DNA from: Patescibacteria group bacterium
GTDB taxonomy: Bacteria; Patescibacteriota; Minisyncoccia; Phycocordibacterales; JACOZG01
Assembly (NCBI GenBank): GCA_034658935.1
Contig: JAYEGE010000006.1
Location: forward strand, 24,912 to 88,911
Length of the DNA: 64,000 bases
Direction: 5' to 3'
Position numbers and translations under genes: made by a program. The notes under the pieces are model-generated. The model saw only the letters and a list, made by a program, of their open reading frames with translations. It had not been told where the DNA came from and searched no databases. This document shows, in pieces, positions 18,596 through 28,440 of this stretch. Position 1 is the stretch's first letter. Every line of letters starts with the position of its first letter.

Positions 18596-19347
18596 TAGAA
18601 GTCGAAATTTGGTTGGTTAAATTGGATACTCAATTTAGCTGTAGTTTCCTGGAGTAATTTATCCAGAGCCTTGGCCGCGAGTCTAAGTTCGTTGCTCCCA
18701 CTCCTGCCTTCTGGGGCGATCAATGTTACTTGCCACGGCTTATTTTGGTCGAGAATGATTGGTTCGCCGTTTAGGGACCAGGAAAATTGCACTCGATGAC
18801 CGAGCACGTCGGGATGAGAGAAGAAAAATGGCTCAGCACTTAGAGTAATCTCTGGTCGAGTCAAATTGATTATGCCCGTCCTAGCCCGATGACGTGCTAG
18901 GCCGGTTGAGGGCTTGTCTTCGTAGATCATTAGACGAGGCTCAATTACTGGAATACTTGTTTCCTTACTAAGTAATTCCCCATTGGGGCTAGTGACGGTC
19001 ACTTTGATTTGGTGGGCCAAGCCTTCAGCCCCAGTGGTGAAGGTCATTTGGCGCTCACCTGCCCCAGAAACACTGCTTATTCTCCGGCCGTCCTTTTCCC
19101 ACTTGAATAACAAATCATTATGGCTGATTTGGTTACCCTGACTATTGTAGAATTCAGTATCAGCCACAATGATGACCTTGCTTTTGGTGCTGGCGGCACT
19201 ATGACCACGATAAAGGGGTGGTGTGTAAGTCTCAGCCTCCCAAAGCAGGTCTACTCTATTAGTAGTTTGGGCAGTGGCTAGTCCGCAACTTAGGGTAACC
19301 CCTAGGGCTAAGACGAGTGTTAGAATAATATTGAAACGATAACTCAT
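18595..19347 (-). CDS. Secreted Ig-like fold protein
   Basis: Signal peptide; beta-rich LLWEAETYTPPLY, FKWEKDG, FSWSLNG. Confidence 0.7.
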   Translation of the reverse strand: MSYRFNIILTLVLALGVTLSCGLATAQTTNRVDLLWEAETYTPPLYRGHSAASTKSKVIIVADTEFYNSQGNQISHNDLLFKWEKDGRRISSVSGAGERQMTFTTGAEGLAHQIKVTVTSPNGELLSKETSIPVIEPRLMIYEDKPSTGLARHRARTGIINLTRPEITLSAEPFFFSHPDVLGHRVQFSWSLNGEPIILDQNKPWQVTLIAPEGRSGSNELRLAAKALDKLLQETTAKLSIQFNQPNFDF

Positions 19348-19851
19348 TTATTTCTTGGCCAGCTTCTTAGTTGGCAATTTGATGCCCGATTTCTCTTCAA
19401 ATCTTACTATAACTATAGTGATAATCATAGCGAGCGTGAGTGATGGTATGACGCTTACAGCCGGTATTACCTCAATGATCAAACTAATGATTGGCGCCGC
19501 TAATCGGCGCATATTCAAGAGACCAACTCCTAAGATATATAACCAGAGGCCGAAGATTATCCAGGCGGTCGGGGCAACAATTATATTTACTATTGGGATC
19601 AGGCTAATAAGATCGAGGACAAGGGCAACCACGATCAAGAATGCGGCTGATAGCCAACTAATTTTGGGTGCGGCTTGAGATTCTCCAGCCCCTTTCTTTG
19701 CTGCCGGAGCTCCCTTTTTGGCCAGTCTGCCTCCCTGCTTTAGCCGACCAACTGGTCTTCCGCCAGCCGGACCCGGCCTCTCTGGAGCCTGTTTAGCTCT
19801 CCTATTAAGCACTTGGGCTACTTCGCCTCCGACTTTAGGTGATGGATCCAT
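19348..19851 (-). CDS. Hypothetical membrane protein
   Basis: Basic N-terminus and 3-4 hydrophobic segments; within the operon. Confidence 0.7.
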   Translation of the reverse strand: MDPSPKVGGEVAQVLNRRAKQAPERPGPAGGRPVGRLKQGGRLAKKGAPAAKKGAGESQAAPKISWLSAAFLIVVALVLDLISLIPIVNIIVAPTAWIIFGLWLYILGVGLLNMRRLAAPIISLIIEVIPAVSVIPSLTLAMIITIVIVRFEEKSGIKLPTKKLAKK

Positions 19852-19863
19852 ACGATTTTATGT

Positions 19864-21684
19864 CTATTTCTCGGTCCCTTCTTCCAGCTCTTGCTTGGCC
19901 TTCTTGATTGCCAGGAGTTGAGAAGGATCAGAAGTGATGATTTGGTCTTCGGTATAGGAGGCGATGATCTTGATGGCCACGTGCTTGAGGCCGGCGAAGA
20001 AGATGCCCTCCCCTACTCCTGACTCTAATAGTAGGTATTTCTCCTCGTCGGTTAATTGGAAAGTTCTTTGAACTACATCAATCGAGGCCGGCGATTGTTT
20101 GAGTAGAAGTTGCATAGAGGAATTGGTGATAATCGGCAAGCCATATTCAGATTTTAAGAAGTCGCTAATATCTTGGGTGATTGTGGAGACGCCAAGAAAA
20201 TATTTACGACCACGTTTAACTAGAGAGAAAAGGAATGAAGCGGTGTCGGGTGATTTCATCATCCACCAAGCCTCGTCGATTATTAGGAGTCGTTTCTTTA
20301 GATTACGCCTAATCGAGTTCCAAATATTATGCATTACAATATACATGGCAACGGGTTTGAGCTCATCCTCCATATCGCGAACCGAGAAGACAACGAACTT
20401 CTTATTGATGTCTACATTGGTTGGCTTGTTGATGAAACCTGCCCAGGTGCCGCGGGTGTACTTCAATAATCTTTGAGCTAAAGATTCTCCACCCTCCATT
20501 CCCACTAGGACTAACTCTAGGTCAGAGAGAAGTGGGGCTGGTTTGTTGGTGAAATCAGAGTCGGCGGTGATGTCTTTGAGGGCGTAAGTTTCAGTAATGG
20601 CGCTGTCGATGATGGCATCCTCCTCAGGCGTGAGGCCACCAAGCATTAATCTAAAGAGTCCGACTAGATTGATGATGTTGGAGCGCAATACGTCGGCCGG
20701 CGACTCGTCTTCGCGGGGGAAAGGTAGGTCGAAAGGATTGATGTGGTGTTCACTTGTTAAAGAGATATTGAAATAGCGTCCGCCCACTGCTTTAGCCAAG
20801 AATTCATACTCTCGTTCGGGATCAATAACGATGATGTCGGAGCCAAACATCAGGCTCCGCAAGATTTCTAATTTAGTAGCGTAAGACTTGCCAGAACCAG
20901 ATTGGGCAAATACTACTGAGTTGTAGTTTTCTAGGCTGAAGCGGTCAAAAAGGACCAAGGAGGAGTTGTGGCGATTGATACCATGGAGGATGCCTTTATT
21001 TGAAGTAAGGTCGAAGGAGACGAAGGGGAAAATGGAGGATAGAGGAGTAGAATTAAGCTTATAATTAACTCCTAATAGGTCGGTGGCTATTGGTAGGACA
21101 CTCTTGAAGCCCTCGGCTTGCTGGAAGAGGGCGGGCTTAATATAGACCAATTTAGCGTCTAGAATGCCCTTAATCTCATTCTCGATACGATCGAGCTCGT
21201 CTGCGCTGTCGCCATAGATGGTGACGTAAACACCAACGTCGAAAATTTTTTCTCGGGCTTGTTGGAGACTGTCACGTAGAGCCTCGATGTCAGCATAGGC
21301 GGTATCAAGAATCGGGTCGCGGACTAGACCCTTCTTTTCTTTAATATTGATTTGGCTTTGTACCTCAGCCACTTTCTTCTCTAATTGCCTTAAAGCTAAG
21401 GCGGAATTGATTGGGTGAATAAGGATGGAGACGTCGAAAATCTTGTCGAGATTGATCACTGGCGAGAACCAGTCTCCACTTAGGAAGCGTGGATAGGAGA
21501 TAATATAGAAGGTGCGGGCTATTTTATCGCCCAAATTAAGCATTCGTGGCGTAACCCGTAATGCCGATGGAGCGATAATATCGCGGAATTCTAACACCCC
21601 CATTTGGTAGATGTCTTGAGGGTAAACAGGTGTTGTCACCGCTTCCTCCTTATCTTTTTTTCCTAATAAGCCAAATAAAGCCAT
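19864..21684 (-). CDS. VirB4-like ATPase (TraC/DUF87)
   Basis: AQSGSGKS Walker A, IDPEREY, INPFD, IIDEAW, RGRKY..ITQ motifs. Confidence 0.92.
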   Translation of the reverse strand: MALFGLLGKKDKEEAVTTPVYPQDIYQMGVLEFRDIIAPSALRVTPRMLNLGDKIARTFYIISYPRFLSGDWFSPVINLDKIFDVSILIHPINSALALRQLEKKVAEVQSQINIKEKKGLVRDPILDTAYADIEALRDSLQQAREKIFDVGVYVTIYGDSADELDRIENEIKGILDAKLVYIKPALFQQAEGFKSVLPIATDLLGVNYKLNSTPLSSIFPFVSFDLTSNKGILHGINRHNSSLVLFDRFSLENYNSVVFAQSGSGKSYATKLEILRSLMFGSDIIVIDPEREYEFLAKAVGGRYFNISLTSEHHINPFDLPFPREDESPADVLRSNIINLVGLFRLMLGGLTPEEDAIIDSAITETYALKDITADSDFTNKPAPLLSDLELVLVGMEGGESLAQRLLKYTRGTWAGFINKPTNVDINKKFVVFSVRDMEDELKPVAMYIVMHNIWNSIRRNLKKRLLIIDEAWWMMKSPDTASFLFSLVKRGRKYFLGVSTITQDISDFLKSEYGLPIITNSSMQLLLKQSPASIDVVQRTFQLTDEEKYLLLESGVGEGIFFAGLKHVAIKIIASYTEDQIITSDPSQLLAIKKAKQELEEGTEK

Positions 21685-21686
21685 AA

Positions 21687-22349
21687 TTAAATTGATGGTA
21701 CTTCTGATTCTCCCGGATTAAAGATTTTGAAATAAACCTCAACCAATTCTTCGGTACCCAATTGGACTGTCCGTAGGCCCATACTACCAAAGCCCTGTTC
21801 GACAACTGCACTACGTTGCTCAAGCTGCATTCGACGTTCTTCGAAGTCCTTACTCTGCTCGCTGTCAGCCCCCTCTTTCTTCTTAGTTGGTAAGATCCAA
21901 CTGATTATTCCTTTGCGGCCCCCGCCTTCCCCAATGATCGGTGGGCTATAAGGGATAACCACGAAGAAACTCTTAGACATGATCTCTGTTGACTCGGTAA
22001 ATTTACGGATAAACTCGATATACTCTCGAGTCTGGATCTTCATTAGGTCATTAGTTTGTTCAGTCAAGCGCTCCTCTAAGGTCCGTAGATAAGGACGGAT
22101 ATCAAGGCGGCGCGACTGGACAAAAATTTGCAGGCTGAAGTCTAGGGAGTTAAGGAAATTTTGGAATTGCAACAAGATGGCGGTTTGCTCGTCCGTTGAT
22201 TTTAGAGCGAAGTTGATTGAGGAGACCATTAAGAGCATTCGTAGGGAACCGTCCTTCAAGATAACAACGCCATCGCGGATTTCTTTGATGGGTACGAAAT
22301 CTTGTGCCGCTCTCGCTGGTTTACCTGATTTAATAGTGCTATCAGCCAT
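21687..22349 (-). CDS. TraC/VirB4 N-terminal-like partner protein
   Basis: QDFVPIKEIRDG..SINFALKS..FQNFLNSLDF; lies between PrgI and VirB4. Confidence 0.8.
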   Translation of the reverse strand: MADSTIKSGKPARAAQDFVPIKEIRDGVVILKDGSLRMLLMVSSINFALKSTDEQTAILLQFQNFLNSLDFSLQIFVQSRRLDIRPYLRTLEERLTEQTNDLMKIQTREYIEFIRKFTESTEIMSKSFFVVIPYSPPIIGEGGGRKGIISWILPTKKKEGADSEQSKDFEERRMQLEQRSAVVEQGFGSMGLRTVQLGTEELVEVYFKIFNPGESEVPSI

Positions 22350-22386
22350 GCTTTTTATTTTAGCATCTTTTATTAGATGCCCGGTA

Positions 22387-22794
22387 TTATCTAATGGTTT
22401 CTTTAACGTCTAGGCTCCAGGCTAGGTCCTTCAATTTGCTTTGTGAGAGACGAGGGACTTGGACTCCTTTTTTAGTTGAGTCTGCTTGCTCGGCCTCAGT
22501 ATTGGTCTCAGGCGCTTGGTGGCGCCAGATGAATAGCTTGCCCGACATAAAGTAACGGAGGGCCGACTCCATTACTAAGATGAAGGATCTATTGTTGATC
22601 CTATAGAAGGCTAAGGCTAGGGCCAGAGCGGCGATTGGTGCCATTAATATAATAGCTAGTGGTTTGAAAGATATCAGGGACCAGATAAGGAAGCATGTTC
22701 CTCCTCCACCGGCCAGGTAGGCAAATTGTTTGAAGGTTAGGGGGCCGAAAATTTTGTCTTCGACCTCAATAAATTGTGGTACCTGGAAATTCAT
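22387..22794 (-). CDS. PrgI family (VirB3-like) protein
   Basis: FQVPQFIEVEDKIFGPLTFKQF followed by two TM helices. Confidence 0.88.
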   Translation of the reverse strand: MNFQVPQFIEVEDKIFGPLTFKQFAYLAGGGGTCFLIWSLISFKPLAIILMAPIAALALALAFYRINNRSFILVMESALRYFMSGKLFIWRHQAPETNTEAEQADSTKKGVQVPRLSQSKLKDLAWSLDVKETIR

Positions 22795-22795
22795 T

Positions 22796-23674
22796 TTAAT
22801 TGGTTGGTTCTCTATAGGGATCTACGTGTTTGGGCGCAGTATCGACTGGTAGAGATTCAATCGGGGAACCAAAGTTCTTTTTAGTGGCGATCTCCACTCG
22901 CGGTAATTTATAATGACCGCCTAATTTTTGTTCAAACATATTGGGCTGACCGGCCTCGCCACTCGGTGCGGTCTTTTTTGCTCCACCTTCGGGGGCGACG
23001 GGTAGGTTGTTTGGTGGCGCGGCCGTGCTTAGCTCACTTAAGTCGGGTTTCTCAACGTCGCGCATAGCTATCCGTATGGGGAGGAAGATCTGCTTATTAA
23101 TTTCTTCGCTGATCTTAGTTGCTGTTTCCATATCTATGCCTAAACTAGTCTGCAATTGCTTAGGGAATTGGGTGGCGGTAGTTTGCCCAAGAATAACTTT
23201 GGTAGCTTCTTCGTTTAATTTCCCCATCTGATCGATATGGAGATTGTGTTGTTGGGCGATGAACATTGTCTTTGCCTCGGTATCCATGGAAGATAGTACC
23301 TCGCGAATACTCGTAGGCAAGGTAGAGTAACGGTCGTTGATTTTCTGCTCTCGAGCCTGTTGTTCAGTGTTGAGCTTTAGGATTGTTTCTTCAACATCTC
23401 GGAAGACTCTCTCTCGGACGCCGTTTATTAGTTGATCGGTAGTTGGTAAATTAATTGCCTTCTTGATATTGCTACCGAAATCATTTAGTTCTTCTAAACC
23501 AAAGAGAACTAGAGCGACCTCTATCTTTAGATCGTGTATTTGCCCACTATCTAATTGGTATCGGCGACCGATTTCAATTAGCTTATCTTCCCAATTATCA
23601 TGCCGAATAAAGTCCTGCAGGCGTGAAGGCAGGTATGGAAGCTCGGCAGCAAATTGTTTGATTATTTCATCCAT
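22796..23674 (-). CDS. Conserved CPR hypothetical protein with an internal duplication
   Basis: Two similar helical repeats (LP..LQ/IRE..); C-terminal DPYREP motif. Confidence 0.75.
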   Translation of the reverse strand: MDEIIKQFAAELPYLPSRLQDFIRHDNWEDKLIEIGRRYQLDSGQIHDLKIEVALVLFGLEELNDFGSNIKKAINLPTTDQLINGVRERVFRDVEETILKLNTEQQAREQKINDRYSTLPTSIREVLSSMDTEAKTMFIAQQHNLHIDQMGKLNEEATKVILGQTTATQFPKQLQTSLGIDMETATKISEEINKQIFLPIRIAMRDVEKPDLSELSTAAPPNNLPVAPEGGAKKTAPSGEAGQPNMFEQKLGGHYKLPRVEIATKKNFGSPIESLPVDTAPKHVDPYREPTN

Positions 23675-23684
23675 AGTATTTTAA

Positions 23685-26051
23685 TTATGACGCCTCACCA
23701 CCTGCAGGCGCTCTCCCTTCTCCACCTTCGCTACTACCTCCACTGGTCCTGTCGCTCTTTTCTTGACCCTTCTTGAAATCCGACAATAATTTGGCCATTT
23801 TCTTCGCCTCTTTGTTTCCCTTGGATTCTCTAGCGTCGTCTCTGACTTTCTTCGCCATGGCTTTGCGCGTTTTCTTGGTATTAAAGGTTGCTAAGGTATA
23901 GAGGAGGCCCCCCTCTTCCAGCCTCTTGGCGTATGCCTCCTTACGCTCTATCCGCGCCTTTGTTGGGGCCTCTTCCGCCTCTTTTTTGGCGGTTTTTAAT
24001 TTAGCCTCGGCTTGTCGGACGCGCTCCTCATAGTTGCCAATTGTATTTCGTGCTTGTCTTGCTTTGACGGTCGAGGAATTTGGATTAGTGGCGAATTCCT
24101 CGATTCTCTCTAGATCGGCTTTCCTAGCAGTAACTTCACGTGCCGCCTCCTCTCGCCTCTGTACAGCCGCCGTGGTGGCCGCTTCCATTGCGGCTTTGTC
24201 CTTATCGCCCAGGACTTCATCACTGAATTTCTGTGCCTTCTCAGCCTTTTTCTTGACGCCCCCAGTATAACCACCCTTGCCTCCGGCTTTGCCTAGGTCC
24301 AGCCCAGTATGCTTACCTGCCGCTTTACCAAGTTTGCCGCCGAGTTTAGTGGCTCGAACATCGAAGCTGGCACCCGATGTTTTCTTAGAGACCTTAAGAG
24401 TTTGTCTCGCAGCCCAACCACCAAAGCCTCCCTGCTCCTCTCTCCTCTTGAGTCTATCTGAGTCACTCAATCTGGTAGCTACTCGGCCGATGGTGTTGCG
24501 TCCAGCAAGGGCCGCGCCACCAAGTACTGCTGCTCCAGTAGCGACCCCCGCTACTTTCATGGCGGAACCAGCAGTTGCCCCACCAAGTTTTTTGGCGGCT
24601 ATGAGAGATCCGAACATAAAGCCGATGATTAATAATTGGTAGACAATTTGGTTTACCCAACCACCATCGGCTCCGACAGCGGTCCTTGTTGTTGGACCCA
24701 GTAATTCAAAGGTTACGAAGATAAAGAACAAAAAGAAGGGGGCCAAGAAGGCTTCGCTGAGTAATTTGCGTAGCCACTTATCCCAATGTTTTCGCATTTC
24801 AGGTATAGCGTAAGCGGCGAAGGCCGCAGGAGAAAGGATCATCAAGACTATTAGGGTTATCGCCCTGATGAGAAGAATCACTGCTCCGGCTATTAGGACG
24901 AAGGTCGCGAGTAGTATTAGGACAAAGGCTCCAGCAAAATTTATGACAACCTGTTTGAACGATAATTGAGTTTTTTCCTCGGGAGCAGATGCGTTAGTCT
25001 GATCTTTTGGTGTAAATGCGTTATCAAGCTTCAGGCGATTGTAAAATTCCCCGGAGATGCCCCATTCAGTGACGCCCTCACTGGTTTTACTGACTCGGTC
25101 ATAAAATTGAACAGCTAAGATATTGGAGACGTCGATTATTACTCTGGTGAAAAACAAGCTGAAATTGATCAGCAGGGCAATCAAGACGACATTCTTTATT
25201 AGCCCCCCACTTTCCCCCTCTTTTACCTGCAGGATGGTGCGGATGGCAACGAAGAGGAGGATAAATATAAAGACGACATTTGCTAGGTTTCTTAACACAC
25301 TCCATACTGCTCGGATTGCCGGGATGTTGCCTAACCCCACAGAGCCCTCAGCAGCAGCTCCAGTGACCCCATTAGAGGAGGCATTAGCTCCAAAGTCTCT
25401 GATTGTAACGTCTAGTATGATGTCGAAGGCTTTGCCAGCCAGCCACATTAACCAGCTGAGTATCCAAAGTATCCAGTTCAGGGTGGCTGCCAAGAGATCG
25501 ATAGCACATTGCCCGAGATTGCTAAGACCACATTTTCCACCTCCCGATTCTTCTCCTGTTCCCCTAATCGCTTTTTGTTTTTGGTTAAGGCGCCCGTTGA
25601 CTAGCTTGTCTCTTAGGTCGTTAGCAGTACCAGTTTGTCTTTCTATAAAACCTGGTGCACTATTTGGGTCTTCGAAGAGAGATCCCGGGAATTTGGTCGC
25701 CTGAGTTATCCGGGCCATAGTGGCGTTGAGCTGATGTCTGAAACGTTCGGGATTGCCAACAGGGAGCTCATTGTTTTGGCTCATTTGTTCTTGCGCGTAA
25801 TCATTCAGTTGTCGCGCACTCATTTCATCTAGTGTCTGTTGCGTATCGCGGTCTTCGGTCGCTATTTGGTTGTCAGTCTCTACCTCAGCCAAATTATCTT
25901 CTGCGGCGTAAGGGTCACCAGGCTCATAGAATTGACCTCTGGCCAATTGAGGATGAGCGAGGAAAGAAGATGCGACCAACAGACACAAACAAATAAAAAT
26001 TAACCCTATTGATCTGCCCCCCGCGTTTCTATTTTCTGGAGAATCCGCCAT
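23685..26051 (-). CDS. VirB6/TrbL-like polytopic membrane protein with Gly/Ala/Lys-rich tail
   Basis: WSVLRNLAN, ALLINFSLFFTRVIIDVSN, LSPAAF, WLRKL; multiple TM helices and a coiled-coil C-terminus. Confidence 0.8.
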   Translation of the reverse strand: MADSPENRNAGGRSIGLIFICLCLLVASSFLAHPQLARGQFYEPGDPYAAEDNLAEVETDNQIATEDRDTQQTLDEMSARQLNDYAQEQMSQNNELPVGNPERFRHQLNATMARITQATKFPGSLFEDPNSAPGFIERQTGTANDLRDKLVNGRLNQKQKAIRGTGEESGGGKCGLSNLGQCAIDLLAATLNWILWILSWLMWLAGKAFDIILDVTIRDFGANASSNGVTGAAAEGSVGLGNIPAIRAVWSVLRNLANVVFIFILLFVAIRTILQVKEGESGGLIKNVVLIALLINFSLFFTRVIIDVSNILAVQFYDRVSKTSEGVTEWGISGEFYNRLKLDNAFTPKDQTNASAPEEKTQLSFKQVVINFAGAFVLILLATFVLIAGAVILLIRAITLIVLMILSPAAFAAYAIPEMRKHWDKWLRKLLSEAFLAPFFLFFIFVTFELLGPTTRTAVGADGGWVNQIVYQLLIIGFMFGSLIAAKKLGGATAGSAMKVAGVATGAAVLGGAALAGRNTIGRVATRLSDSDRLKRREEQGGFGGWAARQTLKVSKKTSGASFDVRATKLGGKLGKAAGKHTGLDLGKAGGKGGYTGGVKKKAEKAQKFSDEVLGDKDKAAMEAATTAAVQRREEAAREVTARKADLERIEEFATNPNSSTVKARQARNTIGNYEERVRQAEAKLKTAKKEAEEAPTKARIERKEAYAKRLEEGGLLYTLATFNTKKTRKAMAKKVRDDARESKGNKEAKKMAKLLSDFKKGQEKSDRTSGGSSEGGEGRAPAGGEAS

Positions 26052-26052
26052 C

Positions 26053-28440
26053 TTAATTGGTTACTGACTGAAGCAAAGTTATGATAAAGTTGATGATCGC
26101 ATTTCGTAAATTCTCTACGGCATCGGGTCCTAAATCATCTCGTAGCAGGTCTTGATTGTTGGCAACAAATTGGTCGGCAAAGTCGGGGATGGTGTGGTTT
26201 ACATCCCATTGGCTCGGAGCCCTGTCCCCTTCGAATAGGTTAGTTATGTCTTGGAAATCAATCAAATCATTGAGAGCGTCTTCTCCTCCTTGAAAGAAAT
26301 CATCGATTAAGTCGTTAAGAAAGTCGTCGAGGTTGTCGGTAAGGGTGTTACCGAAATCCGCTTGCCAACTGCTGGGCCCTTGGCTATTGGTAGTGACGTC
26401 ACTTCCCGGGAAACCTTCTCTGTCTGGGGTAGCTTCTTCGTTCTCCCAGCCGGTGTCTGGGCATGGCTCAGTGCCGGGGCAAGGGTCGCCATCTTCCATT
26501 GGGTTCTCGATCTCTTCTTCGTCGATGAAGCCAGATTCACCCAGCTTCTTATTAATCGCTTGGATTTGTTTGACTAAGTAATCAGCATTGAAGGAAGGGT
26601 CATTGATCGCCAAGTCGAGATAAGCCTTAAGGTAGGCTTGTTGCATTGCCCGCATGGTGGCAGCGTCAGTGATGATCTCTTCTCTCCGACAATGCCCGTT
26701 TTTACTAAAGTCAACACATATTTTGATTCCCAGCCAGCCTTCGTTGGCGATGAGTTCTTCCCTGATATTTTGTTCAGTTACCTCCGTCTTTTGGTCGACT
26801 TCTCGTCTGGTTAGTAGGTAGGCGGTAAATTGATTATTGCCGGCTGTTGGGTCCCAAAAGTCAATATTGTCTCGCAGGGGGTCGTCACTCTCCCCTCTCA
26901 GAAAGGCGTCTCCTCTCTCTTGCCAAGTTTCGGAGGGCCCGACCCTGTCAGCAAGGTTTTGTCGTTGCTGATTTTCTTCGAGGATATCTCTGGCGGACTG
27001 AGCAGCCAATGGGGCTTCATTTTCTATTTCCTCTAAGTCGTCAATAACTACCAGAAAAGCATTTCTAATTTCGTCTAGGACCCTACGACGAAGGTTGGTG
27101 GTATAGAGAGGTGTAGTATTGGTGCCCTCAACATCCGTTGCTGATTTGGGCAAGACATGACCTGCGTTAACTAAGGAGAAATTTTCCCCAGCCGCTTTGT
27201 TTATGCCTCGGGCTCGGTTTTTAAAAGAATCAGGTTGGAGCTTACGGAAATAATTATTAAGGGCGGTGAGTTCACCAAGGATCATGTGCAAGCGGAAACA
27301 AGATTCAGAAAGCAAGTTCTTGTGCTTGAGTTGCTCCTCATAGTCTCGGTCCTCGTTCTCGTTACTCTGCTTAGTTTGTTTGTCTATGTTGCCTAGGATT
27401 TGGTGAGTAGTTGCGTCTGAGACTGGCACGCTATTTATTCCGCCGAGCCCCCCCAGATCTCCACCGCTAAACATCCCACCAAGGAAGTCAGTTAATGTGC
27501 CGTCTGTGAAATTGCTGAGGAGGCCATCAAAGCCATCTTCGATACCAAATCCTTCGAGAATGCTACTGGCGCCCCCGAGCCCAAAATCATCGAGGAGATT
27601 GTTAAAACTGAATCCTTCCTCTCCATCTCCAAGACCAAAGCCTTCGAAGAGGTCATTGAGAAAGCCTCCGTCCTGTTCCTGCTCCTTTTCGCACTTTTTC
27701 CGGTACTGTTTCCGCATGTCCTCTAAGCTTTTTTGATCAACAGCGCCGAAATTACCGCTAGTTCCTCCCCCAAAGATGCCGCCAAGATTTCCGATAGTGG
27801 AGAGGTCGCCTAAGTCGCCTGCTCCAACGATTTCACCAACGCTTCCCAGGGTGCCGGCATTGCCGAGGATCCCGTCTGCATCTCCAAGAATATTTCCGAC
27901 GTCTGCAATACTGCTAATATCTCCGATGTCTCCAAAGTCACCGATACTAAAGTCTCCAAGGATATCCCCAAAATCTCCGAGGAAGCCACCCTCTCCAAGA
28001 GCTCCGACACTCTCAAGAATATCTCCAATATCTCCAATACTGCCGATGTCTCCCACATCTCCAATAAGATCACCGAGGTCTCCAAGGCCACTGATCTCGC
28101 CGAGGTTAATGAAGTCTCCTAGGTCTCCGATGCTATCAATACCTGTGAAGTCCCCCAGATCTCCTAGCACTCCGTCAAGATCTCCAAGGAGATTTCCCAT
28201 GTCACCAAGGTCGTTGATATCTCCCAAATCGCTGAAGATACTACTGAAGTCGTCGAAATTAAAGTCTCCAGTGTCGCCGAGATCGGTTAGAAGGTCCCCA
28301 AGATCTCCAAGACTGGTGATGTCTCCGAAATTATCGAAAGAGAATTGAGCAGAAGCGCGTTGTGGCACCAGGCTGGCCGCTGTCACCAGGAGCCCTATTG
28401 CTAACCCGCTGGTGATAAATTTTTTCAATAAGGTTTTCAT
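26053..28440 (-). CDS. Large secreted acidic protein with (G-D-hydrophobic)n repeats
   Basis: Signal peptide ending ASA|Q; ~190 aa of GDL/GDI/GDF triplets; paired cysteines in the C-half. Confidence 0.8.
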   Translation of the reverse strand: MKTLLKKFITSGLAIGLLVTAASLVPQRASAQFSFDNFGDITSLGDLGDLLTDLGDTGDFNFDDFSSIFSDLGDINDLGDMGNLLGDLDGVLGDLGDFTGIDSIGDLGDFINLGEISGLGDLGDLIGDVGDIGSIGDIGDILESVGALGEGGFLGDFGDILGDFSIGDFGDIGDISSIADVGNILGDADGILGNAGTLGSVGEIVGAGDLGDLSTIGNLGGIFGGGTSGNFGAVDQKSLEDMRKQYRKKCEKEQEQDGGFLNDLFEGFGLGDGEEGFSFNNLLDDFGLGGASSILEGFGIEDGFDGLLSNFTDGTLTDFLGGMFSGGDLGGLGGINSVPVSDATTHQILGNIDKQTKQSNENEDRDYEEQLKHKNLLSESCFRLHMILGELTALNNYFRKLQPDSFKNRARGINKAAGENFSLVNAGHVLPKSATDVEGTNTTPLYTTNLRRRVLDEIRNAFLVVIDDLEEIENEAPLAAQSARDILEENQQRQNLADRVGPSETWQERGDAFLRGESDDPLRDNIDFWDPTAGNNQFTAYLLTRREVDQKTEVTEQNIREELIANEGWLGIKICVDFSKNGHCRREEIITDAATMRAMQQAYLKAYLDLAINDPSFNADYLVKQIQAINKKLGESGFIDEEEIENPMEDGDPCPGTEPCPDTGWENEEATPDREGFPGSDVTTNSQGPSSWQADFGNTLTDNLDDFLNDLIDDFFQGGEDALNDLIDFQDITNLFEGDRAPSQWDVNHTIPDFADQFVANNQDLLRDDLGPDAVENLRNAIINFIITLLQSVTN

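Noticed and set aside
27497-28348. Plus-strand SPR/SPK-repeat ORFs
   Set aside because: Antisense shadows of the GDL-repeat region in gene 26053-28440
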